The position numbers were made by a program, and so were the translations under genes. From Octopus sinensis (taxonomy: Eukaryota), in the NCBI RefSeq assembly GCF_006345805.1, contig NC_043022.1, forward strand, positions 21,452,001 through 21,516,000: a stretch of DNA of 64,000 nt. The letters run 5' to 3'. Below the pieces are notes generated by a model, which had not been told where the DNA came from, did not search any database, and saw only the letters and a list, made by a program, of their open reading frames with translations. Shown piece after piece: positions 1 through 12,706 of this stretch; position 1 is the stretch's first letter, and the number at the start of each line of letters is the position of its first letter.

Positions 1-629
1 AAATGTTGAAGTTGTGACTGTGTGGTAAGAAGCTTGCTTCCCAAACTCATGGGTCCAGGTTCAGTCCCACTGCATGCCACTTTGGGCAAGTGTCTTCTAC
101 TATAGGTAAAAGACAAAAGGAACCTATCCATGGCTGCATAACTTGCTAGAAATAGTAGCCAAAATTTTTCTCAAACTAAAGTCTACAGTGTTAAAAAGTT
201 AAGGAACACATTGACTAATAAAGTAGTCATACATAAATTATATCCGAATCTAAAACTGGATGATCATGGCTGGAATGTCTTCGATCATAGTTCTACAGGC
301 TGGTTGCTAGGCAGACAGGTAGGTTCAGACTGTTGATGCTTTTCACTTGCTATGACTTCTTCATATTACAGCAGGTTAAAGAAAGTTGGGATTTGCTATA
401 AAAAAAAACTCGTTTCTGATTTAGGCACAAGGCCAGCAATTTGGAAAGGAGATGGTTACTTGACTACATTAACCCCAGTATTTGACTAGCACTTTAATTT
501 ATCAACTACAGAAAAATGGAAGCAAAGTTGACCTACCCTGGTGAGATTTCAATTCAGAAACAAATACTGCAAGACATTGTTTCCAACGCTCAGACAATTC
601 TGCCAGCTTGCTTTTTAAATATATATATA

Positions 630-1030
630 GTGGCTGTGTGGTAAGTAGCTTGCTAACCAACCACATGGTTCCGGGTTCAGTTCCACTGCGTGGCACCTTT
701 GGCAAGTGTCTTCTACTATAGCATCGGGCCGACCAAAGCCTTGTGAATGGATTTGGTAGACAGAAACTGAAAGAAACCCATCGTATATATGTATATATAT
801 GTGTGTGTGTTTGTGTGTGTCTGTGTTTGTCCCCCCCCCAACATCGTTTGACAACCGATGCTGGTGTGTTTACGTCCCCGTAACTTAGTGGTTCGGCAAA
901 AGAGACCGATAGAATAAGTACTAGGCTTACAAAGAATAAGTCCTAGGAGTCAATTTGCTCAACTAAAGGCGGTGCTCCAGCATGGCCGCAGTCAAATGAC
1001 TGAGACAAGTAAAAGAGTAAAAAAGAGTAA
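630..1030 (+). mobile_element. tRNA-derived CORE-type SINE, family A, full length
   Basis: Head GTGGCTGTGTGGTAAG...GGTTCAGTTCC (A/B-box-like), CORE-like GGCACCTTTGGCAAGTGTCTT, internal (TA)/(TG)n, tail ACTGAGACAAGTAAAAGAG; about 15 similar copies in the window. Confidence 0.9.
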
Positions 1031-1067
1031 AAAGTATATATATATATATATATATATAAATATATAT

Positions 1068-1418
1068 AGGGTAAAAGGTAAAGACCCCATTCGGTCTTGA
1101 ATGACTATGGGATTGCACCTAGAAAGTCCCCCCCCCCCTAGGCACAAGTCTAGGCAAGATTGTTTATGGAAGACCAGAAGCCAGCTATGCATACCAGCCT
1201 GCCCTCTCCACACCACAGGAAAGGAAAAGACCAATACAATACAGCTTGGCACCAGTGACATTGGAACTCGCTTCTACAGATGAGTGGACTGGAGCTATGT
1301 GAAAAAAATAAAAATTCCTGTGTTGCTCAAGAACACAACACACAGCCCAGACCTGGAATCGAACTCACTATCTTACGATCATGAGTTCAATGCTCTAACT
1401 ACTGGGCCATGTGCCTTC
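1068..1418 (-). mobile_element. tRNA-derived SINE, family E
   Basis: Minus strand starts GTGAAGGCACATGGCCCAGTAGTTAGAGC with B-box GAGTTCGATTCC; related pieces at 17790-17960, 34840-35030 and 36145-36405. Confidence 0.8.
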
Positions 1419-1982
1419 ACACACACACACACACACAAACATACATAACATAAAAAAAAAGTTTCTATCCTATAAAACACAAACTGCAGATAAATGAAGT
1501 TTGGTAAAGGAATAAATAGATTTTTTATAGCCAAGATATGATAACTTGCCAGGATTTTCCATCCCACTCTCTTCCCATTCCTGTCCACCTCCTTACCAAT
1601 CACCGTATATTGATATGTGTTTATAATATCAGTTTTCTGCTCCATCCCATCTCTCATCCTCATTAGCAAAAATAAATCACTTTTGCAGCTTGGGATTTAT
1701 AGCAATTATTTCATAATTCTTTTATTCTTTCACTGATGCTAGTCATTGAACTGTGCTCATGTTGGTGTACAAACCTTCAAATGATTTTATATCAACTCAA
1801 ATTCTAGTATACTCGATCGAAGTAATTTGTTAGGCATGGCTGTGTGGTAAGAAGCTTGCTTCCCAACCACATGGTTCTGAGTTCGGTCCCACTGTGTGGC
1901 ACCTTGGGCAAGTGTCTATTACTATAGCCTCAAGCTGACCAAAGCCTGGTGAGTGAATTTGGTAGACGGAAACTGAAAGAAG

Positions 1983-2430
1983 GTGGCGAGCTGGCAGAAA
2001 TGCTAGCACGCCAGGCGAAATGCTTAGCGGTATTTCGCTTGCCATTATGTTCTGAGTTCAAATTCCGCTGAGGTCGACTTTGCCTTTCATCCTTTCGGGG
2101 TCGAAAAATTAAGTACCAGTTACGCACTAGGGTCGATATAATCAACTTAATCCGTTTGTCTGTCCTTGTTTGTTCTCTCTGTGTTTAGCCCCTTGTGTGT
2201 AGTAAAGAAATAGGTATTTCATCTGTCGTTACGTTCTGAGTTCAAATTCTGCTGAGGTCGACTTTGCCTTTCATCCTTCCGGGGTCGATAAATTAAGTAC
2301 CAGTTATGCACTGGGGTCGGTGTAATCAACTTAATCCATTTGAATAATGAAATAAGCACCAGTTGAGCCCTGGGATTGATGCATTTGATTTACCCCCTCC
2401 CCAAAATTGCTGGCCCCGTGCCAAAATTTG
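1983..2430 (+). mobile_element. tRNA-derived SINE, family B (MetaSINE-like central domain), monomer plus tandem partial copy
   Basis: Head GGCGAGCTGGCAGAA, B-box GAGTTCAAATTCC, domain GCCTTTCATCCTTTCGGGGTCGA; second unit restarts at about 2213 after AAAGAAATAGGTATTTC. Confidence 0.85.
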
Positions 2431-2499
2431 AAATCATCATCATCTTTATTATTATTATTATTATTATTATTATCATTATTATTATTATCATTATTATTA

Positions 2500-3180
2500 A
2501 GGCGGTAAGCTGGCAGAATCATTAGCCCTCCAGGCAAAATGCTTAGCAGTATTTTGCCTGTCTTTATGCTCTGAGTTCAAATTCTGCCGAGATCAACTTT
2601 GCCTTTCATCCTTTCAAGGGTCAATAAATTAAGTACCAGTTGCGTACTGGGGTTGATCTAATCGACCGCACCCTACCCCAAAATTTTAAGCTTTGTGCCT
2701 ATAGTAGAAAGGATGGCACGTAAAAAGCACCCACCACACTCATGGAGTGGTTGGCGTTAGGAAGGGCATCCAGCTGTAGAAACACTACCAGATCAGACTG
2801 GAGCCCGGGGCAGCCTCCTGGGTTCCCAGATCCCGGTCAAACTGTCCAAGCCATGCTAGCATGGAAAACGGACGTTAAACGATGATGATGATTATTATTA
2901 TTATTATTGGTGGTGGTGGTGGTTGTAGTAGTAGTAGTAGTAGTAGTATTTTTATTGTTAAGGTGGCAAGCTGGCAGAATTGTTAGCATACCAGGCAAAA
3001 TGCTTAGCAGCATTTCATCCAACTTTATGCTCAGAGTTCAAATACCCCTGGGATCGACTTCCCCTTTCAGCCTTTCGGTGGGGGGGGGATCAAATAAGAA
3101 CCAGTTGGGCTCTGGCGGTCAATGCAATTGACTTTACTCCCTCCCTGAAATTGCTGGCCCTGTGCCAAAAATCTGAACTC
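2500..3180 (+). mobile_element. Cluster of two family B SINEs around a family C element (2715-2890)
   Basis: Family B heads at about 2500 and 2960; family C tail CCATGCTAGCATGGAAAACGGACGTTAAACGATGATGAT. Confidence 0.8.
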
Positions 3181-3229
3181 AATGGCTACTCACACCATTA
3201 TATTAACACCAATCATTTTCCCCGAGAGC

Positions 3230-3400
3230 ATCGTACTGTACCAAAGGTAGCAGCACTTTGTTATGTAGATGAGATCATACTGCTGCACCTTCAATCTATA
3301 AAACTCACTGACACTAGGAATATATCTTTGGAACATTCCATTAATCATTTCGTCGATCAATAGAAATCTAAGCAACAGTCTTAACAGATTCGCCTTTGTT
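3230..3400 (+). pseudogene. Highly decayed LINE reverse transcriptase fragment (L2/CR1 group?)
   Basis: Translates LCYVDEIILL followed, after a frameshift, by APSIYK, resembling the RT motif YADDxxLLAPS; stops and frameshifts present. Confidence 0.45.
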
Positions 3401-3971
3401 CCTGTCTCCCTACAGATCTATCACTGTCGCTAATGAATTGCATAGAGAGTGGGAGAAGGCAATTTATTTATGTTTTTTAACCACCAGCAAAGATATATTT
3501 CATGGAAGAGGTTTATCAAAATATAGAATTGATCTATTGACTTCTAACATAAACGCATCAAGAAAATGACCGACACTCATATGTGTATGTGTACATGAAT
3601 GCTGAACTATGTGAAATGAATGAGACAAGAGTGCTCAATAAATGTGGTAGAGTATATGGTTTATTAAATACTGAATGTTTATCTTATGACTTGAGTTTCT
3701 TACCATTGCAATTTTTAGCAAGTGTTCTCATCAGCATATATCAAAGAAACACAAAACACATATCATGAGATAAACATTAAGTTCCAATGTGTGTGTGCCA
3801 GTGGCATGTAAAAGCACCCAGTACAATCTTGGAGTTGTTGGTATTAGGAAGAGCATCCAGTTGTAGAAACTTTTAGATTGAGCCTGGTGCAGCCTTCTGG
3901 CTCACCAGTCCTCAGTCAAACCGTCCAACACATGCCAGCATGGGAAGCAGACATTAAACAACGATGATGAT

Positions 3972-3990
3972 ATATATATATAGATATATA

Positions 3991-4023
<33 letters not shown>

Positions 4024-4066
4024 ATATACATATTATATATATATATATGTATGTATGTATGTATGT

Positions 4067-4132
<66 letters not shown>

Positions 4133-4137
4133 TGCAT
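3972..4137. repeat. (TA)n microsatellite
   Basis: Direct reading of the sequence. Confidence 0.95.
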
Positions 4138-4484
4138 ATAGGGTGTAGTGAATAAATTGTTGTCTAAATAACACAAAACTGAAAATAACTGACATGTCTT
4201 TTTAACAGATATATTTACCAAAATAAAAATATCTTGAAATACTAAGGAGTAAATTTATTCAAGAAAATCGCCATTGGCTTCAACCATAGCCTCCAGACGA
4301 CTTCGGAATCTCATGCAAACCTTCTGGATGGTATCCTTGTTTAAGTTGGTGAATACTACCATAATTCTTGCTGTCAGTTCATCTTTGTTGTTACAAGGAA
4401 TTTTGTTGATCTCTTGCTCAACTGCACCCCACACATAATAATCAAGGGGGTTGCAGTCTGGGGAGTTAGGTGGCCAGTTGTTGT
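4138..4484 (-). mobile_element. Tc1/mariner-superfamily transposon 3' end (maT/rosa-like transposase C-terminus and terminal sequence)
   Basis: WPPNSPDCNPLDYYVWGAVEQ...CMRFRSRLEAMVEANGDFLE* (third catalytic D motif SPDxNPLD); terminus TA-TAGGGTG next to (TA)n; truncated by a family A SINE piece at about 4490-4600. Confidence 0.9.
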
Positions 4485-4918
4485 TAGGGGCTATAGAAAA
4501 AAGACACTTGCCCAAGGTGCCTTGTAGTGCCTTGTAGTGAAACTGAACTCAGAACCATGTGGTCAGGAAGCAAACTCCTTCCACACAGCCATGCCGGTGC
4601 CTATGAAACATTTTTTTTTCTATTTCCTTAAGTACACAGATCCATGGTATATGGAAATGCAAAACACTAATAAACAGAAAATGGAATGGCTTGTTGCACA
4701 GAAGTAGGTGGGGACAGATTGGCCTGGCATATATATGGCAGTCTGCTTTGACTGTGTTCCAAAATGTGATTGGCAAAGCAACAGCCTCTCTCTCCAACAT
4801 AAAGTGCACAGCAAAGGTTAAAGGTGATATAATGTATGATCTTGGAAGATGTGTAACAGAAGATATGGGTAATGTTGTACTGTGGCTTAGGTCCAGTGAT
4901 GACTGTAGTGTTCTAGAG

Positions 4919-5250
4919 TAGTGGTTCTTAACTGGGGTCTGTATGACCCTTGAAGGTTTTTGCAGGCAAAGTAGTAAATTGGGGGTCTACAGTAGTATTT
5001 TAAGGATCCATGAAAAATGTTACTTTGGATGTATTTATTCCAAAAAAAAACAGCGAGTTTTCTTTCTCTAAAGTTTTACATAGTTCACCCTAAACAAGTA
5101 GATGTGTGGAAAGGTGCCACGCAGTGGGACTGAACCCGGAACCATGTGGTTGGTAAACAAGCTACTTACCACACAGCTACTCCTGTACAAATACATATAG
5201 AAACAAGTAAGCAGAAATCTAGTAGAGGCTTGCAAAGAAACCTGAACCAT
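4919..5250 (+). mobile_element. Decayed hAT-type MITE with nested family A SINE fragment (5108-5190)
   Basis: Start TAGTGGTTCTTAAC resembles the hAT TIR CAGTGGTTC; related end GGTTAAGAACCACTG at 27409-27423. Confidence 0.5.
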
Positions 5251-5849
5251 TATTGAATTAACCACACCAAAAATGATAAATGATGCTGGCTAGTTCAGAC
5301 CCCTATTAATAGCCACAGAGCTCGATTTGATTTATAACTTAGAACTGAGTGGCAGTAATTATATCCTTTTAAGTTAATAAACTGGCAGTAGCAGCAGCAA
5401 CAGTTCTTATACAGTAAAGCCTCTGAGATTTTAGTACAGAAAACTATTTCAATCTCTGCAGCTGCTACAATATAAAACAGAGCAATAATTTTTAATTTAC
5501 TAGTTCATGACTTGCTATATAGCATGAAGGAAATCTGTTTGTCTGGGCGACTTTTTTATTTATTTATTAAGGGTTTCTGAGATTCAAATGAGAAGAAATG
5601 AAGGAAGAACCCATAACTCGTGAGTTCCTGAAATAGAAGGATAATAAGTTATCTTCTGTTTAGGGACTTTGTCAAAATACTTGCAACATGATGTACTTCA
5701 CCAAGGACAGTGAAAAGCCAGCTCAAGATTTTAGAACAGTGATTCTCGATCTTTTGTAAGTTTTTTGTCTCCTTTTGTGGAATGGCCCTTTAAAAACGCC
5801 CCATTCCTTATGTTTTGCAAACAAAAATTTTAAAAATAACAACAACAAC

Positions 5850-5889
<40 letters not shown>

Positions 5890-5894
5890 TCATC

Positions 5895-6215
5895 ATCCTC
5901 ATCATCGTTTAACGTCCGCTTTCCATGCTAGCAATTGGTTGGACGGTTCAACTGGGGTCTGGGAAATCAGAAGGCTGCACAAGGCCCAGTCTGATCTGGC
6001 AGTGTTTCTACAGCTGGATGCCCTTCCTAACGCCAACCACTCCGTGAGTATAGTGGCTGCTTTTTACATGCCACCAGCACAGGTGCCAGACAAGGCTGGC
6101 AACGGCCACGATCAGATGGTGCTTTTTACGTGCCACCGGCACGGAGGCCAGTCGGGGCGGCGCTGGCAATGGCCACGTTCGGATGGTTCTCCTATGTGCC
6201 ACCGTCACTGGTATC
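5895..6215 (-). mobile_element. Family C element (RTE-type 3' tail with internal GTGGCACGTAAAAAGCAC repeats)
   Basis: Reverse complement of GGCGTTAGGAAGGGCATCCAGCTGTAGAAA...GACGTTAAACGATGATG; more than 10 copies in the window. Confidence 0.8.
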
Positions 6216-6284
6216 ACAACTACAATTTCCATTGATTTTGATCGATTTCGATTTTGATTTCTCTTGCATAATAATAATAATAAC

Positions 6285-6327
<43 letters not shown>

Positions 6328-6559
6328 GTAAACAAAAATAAAAATAGATAAAATAACAATAAAAATAAAAAATAATAAATAATAACGAGAGGTCTCAGAG
6401 AATGCAAACACCAATGTCCTCTCAACGATTAGCTGGAGAAGATTTTTAAAGTCTGAAATAAAACTCAACCCAAAATATGAAATAAACACGACTGCTCTCA
6501 CAAACTGAGTGAAAAAAAAAAACAGAAAAAAAATCCAGAACTCTTGTCTGGTACCTGAT

Positions 6560-6830
6560 CAATCTCAATAGTAGTCATGGAATGTGAAGGTGGGTGTGTG
6601 GGCTGTGTTTGTAATGCTGTGTTGTCTACAGTGGGAACAGGGACAGTTTTCTCTATGAAGGCCTTTTTTAGTCTATCCACTGAGATAGTGTCTTTACGAC
6701 CATTAAGGTCTATAGTGAAAAATTTGTCTATGTGTGAAAGAAAATGGAAAGGACCTGCATACGGTGCTGTTAATGGAAGCTTAACAACATCGTTGCGCAC
6801 AAAAACGTGAGTCTAACAACAAAGCTTCCT
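6560..6830 (-). pseudogene. Gypsy/Ty3 LTR retrotransposon integrase C-terminal fragment
   Basis: THVFVRNDVVKLPLTAPYAGPFHFLSHIDKFFTIDLNGRKDTISVDRLKKAF matches the PYxGPF...ISxDRLK tail of Gypsy integrases. Confidence 0.85.
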
Positions 6831-7155
6831 TCAAGGCAGAGCTAGAAATGCAATTGTCAAGTAGGTAAGAGGTTTTAAACAGGGGCGATATATTCAAAAT
6901 TGGTAAAACTAAAAATTATTGAGGATAAATTAAATTTATTACTGTTACTGAATATGTTAGTGTAATTTAATTTCTGAACAGTTTTGCTGCCCAGTTTCTA
7001 CTAAGATAGAACACGAGTAAAATTAATAATAGAGAAAGGATGGCCCAAGTCTGATAAATGAAACAAGTAAAAGACAAAAAAGATAATCCAACATCTCCCG
7101 CAGCATCCCACATGAGTGAGCAACATACCCAAAAGGATACTACTACCCAGGTTAA

Positions 7156-7376
7156 CCCTTTCATTACTGTATTTATTTTGAGATGCTCTGTGTTTCTTTC
7201 AATTATTTTAAATATAACAAAGAATTTAGTAAATTAACTTCGTTATCATTAAGCTAGTGTTAGGAACACAAATTTTAATTAAGATTTGGAGGAAGATTTG
7301 AATTCAAAACTTATGAAAACAAGACATTTGTACTACAGAACCAGAGGCGGTTTCAGTTGGGTTTGTATCAAAAGAG
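7156..7376 (+). mobile_element. piggyBac-type MITE, family P1
   Basis: TTAA-CCCTTT...AAAGAG-TTAA ends; neighbouring copies at 7406-7620 and about 7772-8000. Confidence 0.85.
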
Positions 7377-8175
7377 TTAAGAATTGTTTGTCTATTATAT
7401 ATTAACCCTTTTGTTACCATATTTATGTTGAGATGCTCTGTGTTTCTTTCAATTAATTTTAAATATAACAAAGAATTTAGTAAATTAACTTCGTTATCAT
7501 TAAGCTAGTGTTAGGAACACAAATTTTAACTAAGATTTGGAGGAAGATTTGAATTCAAAACTTATGAAAACAAGACATTTATACTAAAGAGCCAGAGCTG
7601 GTTTCAGCCGGGTTGGTAACTGTGTTTAAACAAAGCAGTCAGTTAACTCTAGTACCCAACAACAGACACAATCCATCTGCCTGGCTTCCACTCAAAAAAA
7701 CTTTAGTTAATCCAAGGCTTTGGCAGAAGACACTGGCCTCAGAACCACAGGGTTCCAAAGAGAACTTCTGAAAACCCATTTGTTACTATATTCTTGTCAG
7801 CATGCACCGATTTTGTTTCAATTTATTTTGAAAATAATAAAGAATTTAGTAAAATAACTTTGTCGTAGTTAATCTCGTGCTTGGAACACAAATTAACATG
7901 AAATTTTAATGGAAAGTTTTCATCTTGATCACTTTAAAACAGATTTTGGTAACATAGAGACAAAGGCAGTTTAAGGTGGGTGAGTATCAAAAGAGTTAAA
8001 CACCCGACCAGGCCTACAGTCATAGATGAACATATATTGTCCCAAGACATTTGGACATCAAAGCTAACAAATACAAAGCAAGCTCTTACTCCGGCAGACA
8101 ATACACACCATGTGACTGGGAGCCACAAGGCAAATGCCCAAGCTTCCAGAAATACTAATTAAATCATCTCAATAT

Positions 8176-8587
8176 AGGCACAAGAGTGGCTGTGTGGTAA
8201 GTAGCTTGTTTACCAACTACATGGTTCCGGGTTCAGTCCCACTGCGTGGCACCTTGGGCAAGTGTCTTCTACTATAGCCCCGGGCCAATCACAGCCTTGT
8301 GAGTGGATTTGGTAAATGGAAACTGAAAGAAGCCCGTCGTATATATGTATATATATATATGCGTGTGTGTGTTTGTGCATCTGTGTTTGTCCCCCTAGCA
8401 TTGCTTGACCACCGATGCTGGTGTGTTTATGTCCCCGTTACTTAACGGTTCGGCAAAAGAGACCGATAGAATAAGTACTGGGCTTACAAAAGAATAAGTC
8501 CCGGGGTCGAGTTGCTCGATTAAAGGTGATGCTCCAGCATGGCCGCAGTCAAATGACTGAAACAAGTAAGAGTAAAAGAGTAAAGAG
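8176..8587 (+). mobile_element. Family A SINE, full length
   Basis: Same head, core and tail as 630-1030. Confidence 0.9.
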
Positions 8588-9589
8588 TATATCATCACAC
8601 CACCAGCACCACCACCATCACCATCACCATCATCATCATCCTTTAACGTCTGTTTTCCATGTTGGCATGGGTTGGACAGTTTGACCAGAGCTACACCAGG
8701 CTCCAGCCTGATTTGTCTTCGTTTCTACCGTTGGATGACAATGGTATAACAAAACTACAACTACAGAATCAAGTGTACTTTTTATTTTTAAAATACTAGT
8801 ATTTGGTTTGAGGGAGATTTGGTTACTATTTCCAGCAGGTCATGTGACTAGATGAGAGCTACACAATAGAGTAGCTCTTCATTTACCATCAAACAAACCA
8901 ATAGCACAAACCAATAGGTAAATGACGGTCAGGGTGCTGAGTTTCATGGGTGACAGGGAGGAGAATTGACTAGTTGCAGCTGAAATATCGTTGATCATAA
9001 GCCTGCTCAGTCAGGGTTGACTTAGGGCTAAAAAGAAAAAAAAAAACAACAACAGCAGCAACTAGTTGTTATCACACACACACAAAAAAAAAATTAATGA
9101 AACAAACATACATACTCGCAAATTTACAGAGAAATGTTTTGTGCTGAGCTTTGGCAAATAGTTTGTCGACATTGACCATGAAATGAAAAGTATGCCAGCA
9201 CACATAGAAGAATTATGCTGGCGTATAATTCAATAGCTTCCCACCCCTCAGATAAGCAGTTCAGTTGAAACAGATGTTGTAATAACATGAACATCCATTA
9301 CAGTTCGGTTGTGTGTTCAGAATTAGAACAAGATGTTGCAGGTATTTTTTAATGAACTATTAACATCTGTGGATGTTATCCATGTTAAACATATATATAT
9401 CTGTCACCGTCAATGCATGGCTTGAGAAGTTTGATACGCAACCATGTGAATTCGAGGTTCAATTTCACTGCGGGATACATGTAAATTTATTCTTAGCTTT
9501 AGGTCAAGAAAAGCATCATGAATGAGATTTGGTAAACAGAAACTGTGCAGAAACTGTGCAGAAATCTGTCAAGAATAAATATGTGTGTA

Positions 9590-9762
9590 TGCACTCATCA
9601 TTGTCATCCTTTAACATCTGTTTTTCATGCTGGCATGGGTTAGAGGGCTTGATCAGAGCACAAGCAGGAGAACTGCACCAAGTTCCAGACTAGTTTGTCT
9701 CGGTTTCTTAGTTTCTTAGGATGCTTTTCCTAAGGCAACCAATTTACAGTGAGTGCTGGGTA
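9590..9762 (-). mobile_element. Diverged family C element 3' part, host of the adjacent minisatellite
   Basis: TTTAACATCTGTTTTTCATGCTGGCATGGGTT tail in reverse orientation. Confidence 0.7.
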
Positions 9763-10645
9763 CTTTTAATGTGGCACTGCACGAGTACTTTTATGTGGCA
9801 CCACATGAGCTCTTTTATGTGGCACCACATGAGCACTTTTATGTGACACAACACAAGCACTTTTATGTGGCACCACACGAGCTCTTTTATATGGCACCAC
9901 ATGAGCACTTTTATGTGGAACCACATGAGAACTTTTATGTGGCACCACATGAGCACTTTTATGTGGCACCACATGAGCACTTTTATGTGACACCACATGA
10001 GCTCTTTTATGTGACACCACACGAGCTCTTTTATGTGGCACCACATGAGCACTTTTATGTGGCACCACATGAGCTCTTTTATGTGGCATCACATGAGCAC
10101 TTTTATATGGCACCACATGAGCACTTTTATGTGGAACCACATGAGCACTTTTATGTGGCACCACATGAGCTCTTTTATGTGGCACCACATGAGCACTTTT
10201 ATGTGACACCACATGAGCTCTTTTATGTGACACCACACGAGCTCTTTTATGTGGCACCACATGAGCACTTTTATGTGGCACCACATGAGCTCTTTTATGT
10301 GGCACCACATGAGCACTTTTATGTGACACAACACAAGCACTTTTATGTGGCACCACACAAGCTCTTTTATATGGCACCAAATGAGCACTTTTATGTGGAA
10401 CCACATGAGCACTTTTATGTGGCACCACATGAGCACTTTTATGTGGCACCACATGAGCACTTTTATGTAACACCACATGAGCTCTTTTATGTGACACCAC
10501 ACGAGCTCTTTTATGTGGCACCACATGAGCACTTTTATGTGGCACCACATGAGCTCTTTTATGTGGCATCACATGAGCACTTTTATGTGGCACTGCACAA
10601 GCACTTTTACGTGGCACCAGCATGAGTGCTTTTTATGTGACACTA
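9763..10645. repeat. 24-bp minisatellite (about 36 units) with a 480-bp higher-order repeat
   Basis: Unit CTTTTATGTGGCACCACATGAGCA; variant units recur at +480 (9841 vs 10321, 10081 vs 10561). Confidence 0.97.
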
Positions 10646-10990
10646 GCACACAACTCTTACAGGCCAACACTCTTCATCAGGGACTGGGTCCTTTCTCATC
10701 TCATCTGAAAGGTTTAATTTTTCAGATCATCCTTAAGCTGAGGTCATTCTTCAGCATTTCACCCCACATCTTCCTGGGTTTCCCTCTTTCATAGATACAA
10801 AATGTCAGTGTGGAAATATCTACTAAAAGAAATATCTAAATTCTCTTCCACAAATGAAGCACAAGATGAAGAAATCTACTGGATAAAACTTAAGATTAAT
10901 CAACAATGGACATTCAGACAAACAAGAAAACCAAGTTATAAACCATTACAGACACAAATACACAACATTAAATAAATAAGTCACTATATA

Positions 10991-11390
10991 GGCGCAGGAG
11001 TGGCTGTGTGGTAAGTAGCTTGTTTACCAACCACATGGTTCCGGGTTCATTCCCACTGCGTGGCACCTTGGGCAAGTGTCTTCTACTATAGCCTCGGGCC
11101 GACCAATGCCTTGTGAGTGGATTTGGTAGACGGAAACTGAAAGAAGCCCGTCGTATATATGTATATATATGTATGTGTGTTTGTGTGTCTGTGTTTGTCC
11201 CCCTAGCATTGCTTGACAACTGATGCTGGTGTGTTTATGTCCCCATCACTTAGCGGTTCGGCAAAAGAGACTAATAGAATAAGTACTGGGCTTACAAAGA
11301 ATAAGTCCCGGGGTTGAGTTGCTTGATTAAAGGCGGTGCTCCAGCATGGCCACAGTCAAATGACTGAAACAAGTAAAAGAGTAAAAGAGT
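10991..11390 (+). mobile_element. Family A SINE, full length
   Basis: GGCGCAGGAGTGGCTGTGTGG...GTAAAAGAG. Confidence 0.9.
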
Positions 11391-11609
11391 ATACCTATTA
11401 AAAATAAACAAACCACATATAATGTGTATTATATGAATGAATAGAGTGCATAATTCCAACAGAACAGATGAGCAGGATATGAAAGAACTCATAAACTTAG
11501 GTCATAAGCTAATACTAATAGAAGCAGGAACATTAAAAGCCTTATCAGTAACAAACTACAAACCTGTAAGCTGGTAAGCTAGCCACCAATGACGAGTATG
11601 ATTTATATA

Positions 11610-11899
11610 TCTATATATATAAAACTGTAGTTGTGTGAGTGTCTGTCTCCTTCGATTTAGATTTCTAACTACTCCCACATTTTGCGGTGCAGTTTAACCA
11701 AAACCGGGTATCTTATAGTCGTGATTCATATTGAGCCCTTCTGGGTATTAGCGCTTGTCTACGATTTAAAAAAAAATTTACCATCATATTTTTTTCCATT
11801 TTTAATGCATTTTTTTGCTATTTTTTGGCTATAACTCTCTAAAAATGCTGTATAGTTATTTCCCTTACAAACCCGAGCAACGCTGGGCGATACTGCTAG
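11610..11899 (+). mobile_element. Non-autonomous Helitron
   Basis: A|TCTATATATATAAA 5' end; subterminal hairpin CCCGAGCAACGCTGGG; 3' CTAG|T; no TSD. Confidence 0.8.
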
Positions 11900-12465
11900 T
11901 TGCATATATAAAAGTTCTGAAGTTCACAACTCAACTAGTTATACTGCCCATACCAAAAGCAACACTTTCCCAATAACTCTCCCATGTACTTACAGGAAGA
12001 TGTAATTGCAAAAAAAAATTAAAAAAAGGGAAAGAAAGAAAAGAAATGCACTATAAGATACACCACAAAACCAATGTTGATGGGAAAACATCAGCAAAAA
12101 ACACATTTTTCTTATACAGAATTTCCTACAAAAATAGGTTAATGATAGAAGCAATACTCGTAGTACAGCACAATACTGAAATACATACTCAGACAACCTA
12201 TATACTGGTCATAAACAAAACATATTCACTAACGGTTGATATATCAAGCATTCATATTTAGGCAGCAATGTTCTCACGAATCCCATTGCCCCTGTCTACA
12301 ATAACGTGGTTTGACACACACCACTACCAGTCTCTTCACCCTGAAGTTGAGCGTGAAGGTCTCAAAATTAGAACTTTGCTGAATTAGGGACTGACGGGGT
12401 GGGGGGGAAAAATGCTGACACAAAAATTTGAAAATAAACCTTAATAAAGATAAAACTACAAAACA

Positions 12466-12706
12466 GGTGTGTGTGTGTGCGTGCGCATGTGTGTGTGTTT
12501 GAGTGTGTGTGCGTGCCTGTGCATGTATGTGTGTGTTTGAGGGTGTGTGCACGTGCCTATGCATGCATGTGTGTGTGCTTGAGTGTGTGTGTGTGCCTGT
12601 GCATGCATGTGTGTGTGCTTGAGTGTGTGTGTGTGCCTGTGCATGCATGTGTGTGTGTCTTGAGTGTGTGTGCGTGCCTGTGCATGTACGTGTGTGGGTG
12701 TGTGTT
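12466..12706. repeat. Compound (GT)n/GCAT minisatellite, unit about 42 bp
   Basis: Recurrent GTGTGTGCTTGAGTGTGTGTGTGTGCCTGTGCATGCAT. Confidence 0.85.

Noticed and set aside
502-854. Recurrent short ORFs (MPKVPRSGTEPGTMW..., MLGGQTQTH...)
   Set aside because: Translations of family A SINE copies, repeated at every insertion.
4632-4921. Open frame of about 96 codons between repeats
   Set aside because: No homology recognised and no convincing splice signals.
9763-10645. CRISPR array or real His-rich repeat protein
   Set aside because: Units are contiguous with no unique spacers, there are no cas genes, and the context is eukaryotic. The ORFs follow from a stop-free 24-mer derived from a SINE-like element.
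10801-10980. 58-aa ORF MSVWKYLLKEISKF... (possible GIY-YIG remnant)
   Set aside because: No diagnostic motif; it cannot be assigned without a search.
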